NCBI GenBank assembly: GCA_024679065.1
Contig: JAGIQG010000020.1
Location: 18,848,001 to 18,912,000 of the forward strand
Source: Sphyrna mokarran
Lineage: Eukaryota
Length of the DNA: 64,000 nt
Reading direction: 5' to 3'
The notes beneath the pieces were generated by a model. It ran no database searches and had not been told where the DNA came from. It saw nothing but the letters and a program-made list of their open reading frames with translations. Below, in pieces: positions 39,232-48,945 of this stretch. Both the position numbers and the translations under genes were made by a program. The first letter of the stretch is position 1, and each line of letters begins with the position of its first letter.

Positions 39232-40050
39232 TAAAAGGAAGGTGATATAGGAAAGCCAGAAACACAAAGAAAAAGGGCTTTGCATGTCACACATGTACAA
39301 TCTTGTTTCTTTTTCTTAAAGCTAGTGTAGAGCCTTGGTATTATCCACTTTCCCAATTTAGCAAACAAAAAAAAAAGTAGCCGAAGAAGTGGAAGATGGA
39401 ATTTTCCGGGCACCATCGGTAGTTTGGTCTGTAGATGTCAACATGCTTTTCATATATATGCAATAACAGAAAGAAACGGAGACCTATTATAAAGTATTTA
39501 TGTAATTATTTGATAACATGTGTAAATATACTGAAATTAGAATACTGGAAATTATACTTTAATTTATTGCTGGTGTACATACATCTGTATATAAGGCTCC
39601 AAGCCTTTTATTCGTTCGTCATACTCATTTCAACACAACTCCTTATTAACCAGAGTGCCGGCATGGTTTACCACTTTTTACCTAGCAATGTCTTACCATG
39701 CCATCATTAAAGACAAAACTTTATAGATCCGAGTACAAGACGTGCCATTTTTTTTTAGCTTTTACCATGGTTTCAGTGTTAAAGTGCTACTGTCTAGAGT
39801 AACGAAAAAAAAAGAGCTCGCCAGTTGCTTGAGGAGAAATGAAGACGCTTTGGGGGTTTTCTATGGTGTCAAAATGAATGGAGATTTTATGCTCTATAGC
39901 TTGAAAGTGCCGAGAGTTGAAAAAAAATAAAATGAAGGTATATTTTGTGTTATAAAATGTTGAAAGTTCTTGGTTTTTCTTGTACTATTTTTGTTTCGCT
40001 TTGAAGTTCTCAAAAAGTTTCAATAAATTTTTATCCAAGCCTGCCTTGTT
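39232..40050 (+). other. TBX3: TBX3 3'UTR (approximate)
   Basis: AU-rich sequence after the stop, with AATAAA at 39926-39931 and 40022-40027; true end inferred. Confidence 0.6.
40022..40027 (+). terminator. Candidate polyadenylation signal AATAAA
   Basis: Last AATAAA before the downstream minisatellite; followed by T/GT-rich sequence. Confidence 0.5.
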
Positions 40051-40129
40051 GCAATTATTCCAATCACATTTTCCAGTCCGTTACATAGGGTGGACAACAG
40101 ATCAGTTTGGTTTATTATCCACCAATATT

Positions 40130-40760
40130 GTTTCCATTTTCACTTGCTTTTGTCATGTATCCTCCCCACTCTTATATAGCCTGGCACTGCACTTTGTTAC
40201 ATACCCTCCCTATTGTGGTAGATAACCACTCCTCACTCCCCATTGTTAGTGTCTCATTTCCCAGTGAGTTAGATAGCCTTATTCCCTATTCTTTTACATA
40301 GCCCACCCATTGTGGTACGTATGCTTACTCCCCACTGTTACATGCCCTGCCTCCTCCTGTGTTACATATGCTTCCTCTCCACTTTGTTATGTGTTACACA
40401 TCTTCTCCACTTGTGTCAGATAACCACACTTCCTCCAGTGTTACTTACCCTTATTTCGTACAGTATTATGTAACCTCACTCCCTCCAGTGTTCCATACCT
40501 TTAACTCCTCCAGTGTTACATCTCCTCACTCCGTCCCATATGATATGAGTTGGCTCACTCCATTGTTACGTGGCCTCACTCTGTTCACTGTTACTTAGCC
40601 TTGCTCCCTCCAGTGTTATATAACCTCAACCCCTCTAGTATTATACAGCCACATCTCTCCAGTGTCACATACCTGCCTCACTCCATCCATTGTTTGATTG
40701 CCTCACTCCGTTCAGTACTAAAGAGTCTCACTCGCTCGCCTATTACGTTGTTCTCCATTA
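40130..40760. repeat. Degenerate ~25-bp minisatellite
   Basis: CCAGTGT at 40435, 40485, 40510, 40610 and 40659; unit roughly CCAGTGTTACATAGCCTCACTCCCT. Confidence 0.8.
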
Positions 40761-41695
40761 TACCAGTAATTTATTGTAATAAGTTAAGATTGGAAGCTCA
40801 TTTGACACTGATAAATGCCTCTTTCAGATCATCATTGCTCTCACCTTTGCGGAGATTATTGTCCCAGTGAAAAATCTTGATTTTTCTGCGCTATTTTTTC
40901 CCTGACAACATAATATTCTATAAAAAGAAAAACTCGTAGCATTTTTATCCTCAAGCCTATTTTTACACACCGTGAAACATTTTACACTTCTTTTTCCAGA
41001 TATAGTCTTTGATTTGAATTGTCCCATCCATAGTTGGAGGTTGGGGTTTTCTAGCTCCTGTGGTAACAAGTAATAGAAAGTCATATTGGCAAATAAATCT
41101 CGACTTTGTTTCCTACTTAACAAGAGAACAAAGTCTTTACAGCATTCTCAACACCCAATGCTGCTGGGATTGCGAAGTAGTTTGTATTTGACCCAAAAGG
41201 AGGAAAGGTCTAATAAAAAAGTACTGTGGTCATATAAGGAAATGTAAACATATGTAATGTCAGAGGAACAGCCAAAGGGCACTCGGCCCATAGTCTGCCT
41301 TGATTATTTTCCTACGTATGATATGGAATTCGGTGCCGCAATTGGGGTTTCGTTTTTAAAACCAATTAAGAACAGTTGACGTGTGTGACTTTTATGGATT
41401 AAAGAGCATCGAAGAGACGTCCACCCCTCTTTCGACAGGGCCAAGACACGAAAAAGTTTTGAAACGAGCCCAGTTGTGAGATGGAAGGAAATAGTCTGCA
41501 CTGTCTACGGCGACGTTAATCAATAACCAGCGCGGCGCTCGTGGATCAGAATAAACAATGTGCAATACTATTTGGATTACCCTAGCATATCACTCACCTG
41601 GCGCCTCCGTTGATCTGATCTGCGATTTCAGGAGCCGCAGTCCAGCCACTGCAAGAGGCGATTGATGTGCCGGGGCCACCCTTTCCCTGGTGACT

Positions 41696-41713
41696 GAGCG
41701 CCATCTAGGGGGC
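41696..41713 (-). promoter_or_regulatory. CTCF-like motif
   Basis: Minus strand GCCCCCTAGATGGCGCTC fits the CTCF core CCnnnAGRkGGCrs, within a CpG-rich patch. Confidence 0.7.
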
Positions 41714-42727
41714 TAACAAACTAGAAACAAGCCCAGTGACCCGGGCAGAGTGGAAAGGTCACTCCTTGGCCAGTCGGCGGAACATTCATCACAGGCTTGC
41801 CCGTCTGGTCGTATAATTGAGAATCATTTCATTTTTATGCTTCTTTTAGTTGGGGAGTGTGGTGGGGGTGGGGGGGGGGGGGGTTATGGTTGATGTTCAG
41901 ACATGGACCATGATCACGCTCCTGTTCCTATACGAGTGTCCTTTGGGCAGAGGTGCAGTGAAATATAAAAACCACACTGCAGTAATTCTAAATATCCATA
42001 TTACTGATTTATTAACTAACGTATGATTGAGAATGCATTTTAATGTTGGGAACCGTGGCTTTAAAAACAAGGTTGACAAAGGACTCATTATTCTTTACAG
42101 TGCGTCCAATAAATTTTAAAATATGAAATTCTTCATGGCCTGGTTAAGTTGACATGAATGTGCTTAGTGTGCTGTGCACCCTGTGCGTTACAGCGAAGGT
42201 ACATTACCGAATTGAAATCATTTAATTTCCCGAAATATTACTCCCACCTTAACTAAGGAAACCTAGACTGAAACACTGTCAGCATACTGGACCAATGCCC
42301 TGTTGTTTTCCACTTAGCCTGATATTATCCAATGGAAGAAACAATTTTTTTTGAATTATTCGGAGGTGCTATTTTCTACATTGTCCACCCGAGGAAGCTT
42401 TGACATACAATTATTTTCTGAACACACCTGGCGTCAGTACAAAATGTAACGAGAAATGGTTTGGAGCCAATTTTCCAAAAACAAAAAAATAATCAATTTG
42501 CCGAAGTCTTCATGTTTTTTCTTCATCGGTGAATCTAAATAGTGGTGCTGGCAAAACTTGACTGGGTTTTCGAAATGGATCCTATTAATCGAGTACACGG
42601 AGATCGATAATGATCAATTTAGGAGATCAGGCGCGGTTAATAAGTGTTCTCCTCACACCCTGCTTCTGTCACTCAAAAGAGCTGTGTGTTGGGAGGAGGC
42701 AGATTTATTGCAAATGCTGGAGTGTTA

Positions 42728-42742
42728 GGCGCCATCTATAGG
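42728..42742 (-). promoter_or_regulatory. CTCF-like motif
   Basis: Minus strand CCTATAGATGGCGCC; same orientation as the 41.7 kb site. Confidence 0.55.
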
Positions 42743-43726
42743 AAGGTGTTAATTTGTTTGTTTGGGCAGAAGTAACAAGACCTTGTTTTGTGGCGTGGAC
42801 TTCAAACCCAGTCACCACTGACCCCTTCGCACACCTCACCACAAAAGGCCGATTTAAAATAAGGCGGTGTGTCAATCTCTCTCTCTCACAGACACATACA
42901 CACACAGCCCAAACATTCAGTAGGGCTTGCACGGGCAAGGAAGAGCAAAAAGGAAATAAAAGCCTCCCCCAAAATTGGACAATGCTTTTTTTTTGGTGGC
43001 GGTTCACATCTGTGTTATTTGCAAAAACAAAAAAAAATAACAAAAAATCAATAATGGTTGGCAGTGTGTTCATTTTCATTGTGCGTGCCGAGCTTTTAAA
43101 CTGCTCCTGAGCGCTTGCATACATACCACTGGGTGGAGCTCCAGCATTGGAGATCTGCCCGATATCTGATCTGTAAGAAGATTCACAAGAGCCTCAAAGA
43201 GGGAGAGAGAGAGAGAAAACATCGACTGTATTCGAAACATCCAGAGAATAAATGGTTTGCGTTTCACCGCTGGCACAGCCCCGGAGTGAGAGCCGGATGC
43301 AAAACGTGCAGTGACAAATCTCTGAGCCATTCTCTTTTTATTGGTGTTGTTGCTAAAATCTTGTGCAAACAGCTGTGTGCAGATGCCCAGCTTTTGCAAT
43401 AAGTGTAAGGATAGGTTGTCAGGATTGTTGCCAGATTACACAATTACCTGATGGTCCCCGGTTTAGCAACTGTTGGTGTGCAGAGTGGTAGGCAGGTCTT
43501 ATAGGAGTGCACTCCAGAGATGTGAATATCATTCCAGAACAAATCTCCCACTACATGTACGGGCGAAGTTGTTCCTTTTCTTTTAGCTCCAGTTAAAGAA
43601 TCGCCATCGGCGTTGCTCGCGATAATTGGGATGACATAGAGCTTTTTGCATAATTAGTAATTACTATTTTCAATTATGAGAAGACCATAAGATGTAGAAG
43701 CAGAGATGGGCCATTCAGTCCATTGA

Positions 43727-44150
43727 ATTTTATTGATTTATTATTGTCACATGTATTGGGATAAAGTGAACAGTATTGTTTCTTGCCTGCTATACAGACA
43801 AAGCGTACCATTCATAGAATACATAGGGGAGAATGAAAGGAGAAGGTACCTACGGTAGTGTTACAATCAGATCTAGGATGGAGAGAAAGATAACTTAATA
43901 TATGGTAGCTCCATTCAAAAGTCTGATGGCAGCAGGAAAGAAGGCTGGTACGATCTCTGCATCTTTTTCCCAACAGAAAAAGGTGGAAGAAAGTCTGTCC
44001 AAAATGTGTGGGGTCCTTGATTATGCCGGCTGCTTTTCTGATGCAGTGGGAAGTGTAGATGGAGTCAATGGATGGGGGCTGAAGGGGCTGGTTTGCATGA
44101 TGGACTGGACTACATTCACAACCCTTTGTAGTTCCTTGCGGTCTTGGTCA
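43727..44150 (-). mobile_element. Rex-Babar-like LINE 3' fragment
   Basis: Minus-strand translation RKELQRVVNVVQSIMQ...PSIDSIYTSHCIRKAAGIIKDPTH; 3' end ...ACATGTGACAATAATAAA. Confidence 0.75.
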
Positions 44151-44207
44151 TCTTGAAATCTGGTCCACCATACAATGAGATCATGACTGATCTGAAATGA
44201 TAATCGG

Positions 44208-44488
44208 CTCGGTATGTTGGTACAGTGGTTAGTGCTGATGCCTCACAGCACCAAGGACCTGGGTTTGACTCCTGGCTTGGGTCATTGTCTGTGTGGAATC
44301 TGTGTATTCTCCCTGCATCTGTGTGGATATTTTCCGGATGCTGCAGTTTCCTCCCACAGTCTGAAAGACGTGCTGGTTAGGTTCATTGACCCGAACAGGT
44401 GCCTGAATGTGGCGACTAGGGAAATTTCACAGTAACTTCACTGCAGTGTTAATGTAAGCCTTATTTGTGACTAATAAATAAACTTTAT
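44208..44488 (+). mobile_element. V-SINE-like SINE, tail type B
   Basis: CAGTGGTTAGTGCTGATGCCTCACAG head; tail GGCGACTAGGGAAATTTCACAGTAACTTCA...AATAAATAAACTTT. Confidence 0.88.
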
Positions 44489-44566
44489 ACCTCAATCCAC
44501 TTTCTTCCCTTATCCCCATAACCTCAATTCCCTTACTGATTGAAAATCTGTCTATCTCAGCCTTGA

Positions 44567-44750
44567 TATGGAGATGCCTACGTTGGGTTGGGGTAAACAC
44601 GGTAAGAAGTCTGACAACACCAGGTTTAAGTCCAACTGATTTATTTGATAGTAAACTTGCAAGCTTTTGAGTTTCCTCTCTTCATTCACCTGACGAAGAG
44701 GGGAACCTGAAAAGCTTGTGATTTTACTGATGTTGTCAGACTTCTTGCTG
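44567..44750. mobile_element. Fold-back PLE-terminus element with hammerhead-like core and 14-bp TSD
   Basis: Perfect 16-bp IR 44604-44619/44731-44746 plus inner IRs; CTGACGA 44690, GAAA 44709; flanks TATCTCAGCCTTGA (44553-44566) and TATCTCAGTCTTGA (44751-44764). Confidence 0.8.
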
Positions 44751-44899
44751 TATCTCAGTCTTGAACATACTTAACAATCCAACTTCTACATCCTCTGTGC
44801 TAAATAATTCCATAGATTCATGGTAGTGAGAAATTCCTCCTCATCTTAAAGTGACTGCTTACTCTGAGATTATGTCCCTTGGTCCTAGATTCTTCCACA

Positions 44900-45072
44900 A
44901 TAGAATTCCTACAATGCAAAGGAAAGCCATTTGGCCCATCGAGTCTGCACTGACTCTCCAGTAGAGCATCTTACCCATGCATTTACCCTGCTAATTCCTC
45001 TAACCTACACACTTTTGAAATCTAAAGGGCAATTCAGCATGGCCAATCTACCTAACCTGCACATCTTTGGAT
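44900..45072 (-). mobile_element. 5'-truncated type A SINE
   Basis: GCCATTTGGCCCATCGAGTCTGCAC...GCATGGCCAATCTACCTAACCTGCACATCTTTGGA. Confidence 0.8.
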
Positions 45073-45384
45073 AAAGGGGGCTTGACAGCATCTACTCTGT
45101 CAAACTCCCTAAAAATCCTACATGTCTCAATAAGGTCACCTCTCATTCTTCTAAACTATATAATCTGAAACTTAGTGTGACAAAAAAACTTTGCCTGATG
45201 TGATCATGCATGAGAGAAAGAAACTTCTTTAATACCCAAAACCATCACTGGGTGGAGACAGGAGTCCGGAAAGGAACATGGGGAAGGAATTGTCTCCAAA
45301 TCATTCTCATCTCTGGTGTCTATTTCTAAGTGACATAGCCAAAGACTGAGAACAAGTTGTGTTCATGGCACCCTAGCCTCAAGT

Positions 45385-45660
45385 AACAATTAACAGCAAC
45401 TCAAATTTCTTTTATGTCTATTATAACTGTCTGAAGGATTTTCACAGGAGGGTTTGTCAAACAAAATGTGGCACAGAAGTACATAAGGGAAATATTATGA
45501 GGGGAGCATGGTCAAAGAGGAGTTTCTTAAATGGGAAGAAAGGAAAGTGGAAAGATTTAGGAAGTGAATTCTGGAGTTTAGGCATGGTGCCCAATGGTGG
45601 GGTGATGAAAATTAGGTGTGCACAAGAGGCCAGATTTTCAAGATTCTGAATACTTCAGAG
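45385..45660 (-). mobile_element. Degenerate L2-like 3' fragment
   Basis: AACAGCAACT...TTCACAGGAG...CAAAATGTGGCACAGA...GGTCAAAGAGG...GATTTAGGAAGTGAATTC; similar remnants near 2690-2790 and 52370-52620. Confidence 0.45.
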
Positions 45661-45895
45661 CAAGGTTGAGCTGCAATTTGTCTCCCAAATAAAGAAGGAT
45701 TAGTTAACTATTAGACTAGAGCTCATGTAGTACAGTTGCTGGCATCCCTACCTTCAAACCAGAAGCTCCAAGTTTGAAACCCACCTTAGTACTTGGATGG
45801 TTAAAGGAGCTGGGTTCATAACATGACCAACAGGTTGAGTAATCACAAGTCAGTGATAGGAGGTAAGAGCAGGCAGGATTCCAGCAATGGGTGAA

Positions 45896-46195
45896 AGGGC
45901 GGCATGGTTGCACAGTGGTTAGCACTACTGACTCACAGTGCCAGGGACCTGGGCTCGATTCCCAGCTTGAGTCATTGTCTGTGCAGAGTTTGCATGTTCT
46001 CTCTGTGTCTGCATGCTTTTCCTCTGGGTTTCCTCCCACAGTCTGAAAGTCGTGCTGGTTAGGTGCATCGGCCGTGCTAAATTCTCCCTCAGTGTACCCA
46101 AATAGGTGAAGGAGTGTGGCGACTGGGGGTTTTTCTACAGTAGCATCATTGGAGTGTTATTGTAAGCCTACTTGAGACACAAATAAATAAACTAA
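45896..46195 (+). mobile_element. V-SINE-like SINE, tail type B
   Basis: Full head GGGCGGCATGGTTGCACAGTGGTTAGCAC through AATAAATAAACT. Confidence 0.9.
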
Positions 46196-48347
46196 ATTTT
46201 AAAAGATGATTAATCCTTTTAAAAGATTTAAAATTTTAAAAGATGTTCGATACCAGCTGACTTTCTCTGGGCAATTCCTGGCCTTTACTTGATACCAATT
46301 CTACAACAGCAAATTGAGATCAGCTATTCAGGAAAGGGATTGAACATAAACTGTGTATGTGTAAGGTGGGGGGTCGGGGGGCGCAGTGTGATACTCCCAG
46401 CTCACTGTACTGCTTGAGTAGTGCAGTGGACTAGGAAACATCAGTGTTCCACGGGATACCTGTTGGATGTCATGGCCTTCTCGCATCTCCCAGACAAAGA
46501 TGTAATCTGCTATGCGCAGGAAATCAGATTAGTGGTTCCGGAAGGGAATTTTCTGTGTTCACTAGCATCTCCCCCTCTTACTTTCTGCTGGTTTACAGCA
46601 GGGTTTACAATTGCTCCACACTAAGGGGGAACAGATGGCCAACCCCGCTGGAAGGAAGAGAACTATTGAGGCCCCCTCTGGAGATTGGGAATAAGGTGGG
46701 GTGGTGATCCTTGGGCAAAGCCATTCTAGCACTGTCAAAGAGATACCAGGCACTGGGCAGTGCCAAGGAGGTGGGGCCAGTTGATGGGGACGGGACCCAT
46801 TGCAAATCTGCAAGTGGAATGATGGCAATCGGGGCTGGTTGGAGATCAAAGGGGCATAAGGGCTGGCCCAGGGAGGTCTGAGAGACTAGCAATCAGAGGT
46901 AGAAGGGGGTCAGAAGGCCAGTGAGGGGGGCTCATGGAGTTGGCAAGCAATCAGGCTAGCCAGCAGTGCGGGGCCACTGTACATGTGCCAATCCCTGCAC
47001 TGATAGATCGGTGCATGTGTAGTGGCCTGCTCAGTGCTATGCTTGGGTGGGAACCCCCCAGGCCTCCGATTTTCTAAATGAATTTCATTAGGGCATTCCG
47101 TGATGCACAGAGCATCAAAAATTCATTCTGGAAATCATGCTAAAAATACCAGCAGGATTTACTCCCATTTTTCTGCACATTGGAAACTTAGAAATCTTTT
47201 GGGAGAATCCTAGCCATGCTGTTCTGCTGTTTTACTTCCAATGCATTCATCATCATGGTGCCCATATATCTGTGAAGTATATTTCACAAAGTAGGCCATG
47301 CTTTTATCAAACTGCAGAGCATGGCTTCCCACTTTTAGTCAGCCTGTTAAAGTAAGGCTGTATTTGGAGGCTTTGCATGTATATACATTATGTACACATA
47401 GGAATAGATTTTGAACTATAAATTTACAGGCCACCAATGTGCATTTGCAAGAATAATCTCCCATAGAAATAAATTAGGAAAAAGTTTTAGGCTTTTAAGT
47501 ATCGATGGCCTTATTGGAATATTAATGAATGAACTCAACTTTTTAAATGAAATTCTTTTGTCTGCTGTTTTAGCTGAGCTACAATCCATTTAAAATGAAC
47601 AGGCCTTTGTTAAACAAAAGTGTTTGCACAGCATAATTGAACATGTTTATATTGAGCATTAAACCCACTTTAAAGGGATAATTTATATTCTATTATTTCC
47701 CCATAAATAAATAACATAAAATCTCACATATTAATTAAACATTGAATTTATATGCAGTGTTAGATAAAGACAATGTAAGTGGCTTCAGACCTCCAACTAT
47801 CAAACGAACTTGACATTTGACTTTCAACTTGAAATGTGGAGGCGATGCTTGTGTTTATGATCAGCTATTTTTATACAAACTGTCAATTTTTATTTCCATC
47901 AGTGAAAACCTGGTGCATTCAATCACAGGCCATGATTTTAGCTTTATATCTGGACAGTAAGTTCAAAATCTAAGACCTTAACACCCTTGTACCGTAACCA
48001 AATCAGTAACACAGACATGATTGGTAGGATTTGCTTGTTTCGACACCTTTGTTTTAAGTGAGCTCTCAATAAATATTCACAGTGAATTCATATAGTTGTC
48101 AGCTTAATACATAAAGACTGAATATATCCTAGGGTTATGTCAACATTGTACCTAATAGTTTGAGATCAGTAGCTAAAGAACTGATTTACAGGGTACTTAA
48201 TTTAAAACTGCCTGGCTGTGAATTTTAACATGCAGGTACAAGTGAATGTATTTCAAATTCTGACACATTTTAAACATTTTGAAGATGTCGTTAAGAGGAT
48301 CTGTGCATTAAAAATTTTACAAGATATTCTGTGCAGGTTGATTAAGT

Positions 48348-48550
48348 AAGAAGTCTCATAACATCAGGTTTAAGTCCAACAAGTTTATTTGATAGTAATC
48401 CCACAAATGGTGTTCCTTTGTCAAGTTCCACATACCTGACGAAGGAACACTGTTTCCAAAAAACCTTGTGGAATTACTGGTTGGACTTAAACCTGGTGTT
48501 GTGAGACTTCTCACTGTGTTTACCCCAGTCCAATGCTGGCATCTCAACAT
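48348..48550. mobile_element. Fold-back PLE-terminus element with decayed hammerhead core and 14-bp TSD
   Basis: 32-bp IR with 2 mismatches (48349-48380/48480-48511); CTGACGA at 48436; flanks CAGGTTGATTAAGT (48334-48347) and CAGGATGATTAAGT (48551-48564). Confidence 0.8.
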
Positions 48551-48604
48551 CAGGATGATTAAGTGCAGAGGAGGCCCTAGTGCACTATTTAAAATAGGTT
48601 ACTG

Positions 48605-48945
48605 ATGGCACAGTGGTTAGCACTGCTGCCGTACAGTGCCAGGGACTCGAATTCATTTCTGGGGAACTGACTGTGTGGAATGTGCACATTCTCCTCATGT
48701 CTGTGTAGGTTTCCTCTGCGTGCTCCGGTTTCCTTGCACAATCCAAGGATGTACAAGTTAGATGGATTGGCCATGATAAATTGCCCCTTAATGGCACAGG
48801 ATGTGTGGGTTAGGGGGATTAGTGGTGTAAATATTTGGAGTTATGGGGATAAGGCCTGGGTAGGATGCTCTTCTCGAAGCATTGGTGTAGATCGATGGGC
48901 TGAATGATCTCCTTCTACACAGTTGGGATTTCATGGATTCTATGC
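48605..48945 (+). mobile_element. HE1/V-SINE-like SINE, tail type A
   Basis: GGCACAGTGGTTAGCACTGCTGCC head; tail GATGGGCTGAATGATCTCCTTCTACAC...GATTCTATG. Confidence 0.88.

Larger units (their letters stand above)
43680..45160 (-). mobile_element. CR1 3' fragment split into five pieces by nested insertions
   Basis: Pieces at about 43680-43726, 44150-44205, 44489-44566, 44765-44900 and 45073-45160 read as one continuous CR1 3' end. Confidence 0.7.

Noticed and set aside
38931-39416. 161-aa antisense ORF, and the similar one at 31355-31729
   Set aside because: Shadow frames of GC-rich TBX3 exons; no independent coding signal.
40130-40760. CRISPR-like repeat-spacer array
   Set aside because: Vertebrate DNA; units are contiguous and degenerate, with no unique spacers and no cas genes.
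44567-44750. Fold-back elements as pre-miRNAs or DNA-transposon MITEs
   Set aside because: Arms derive from a PLE terminus, the structure is asymmetric with a one-sided extension, and a 14-bp TSD does not fit common DDE superfamilies; small-RNA production is not excluded.
46540-47210. GC-rich non-autonomous element(s), also near 50320-51340, 52970-53400 and 62455-62960
   Set aside because: Look repeat-derived, but ends and family could not be defined from the sequence.
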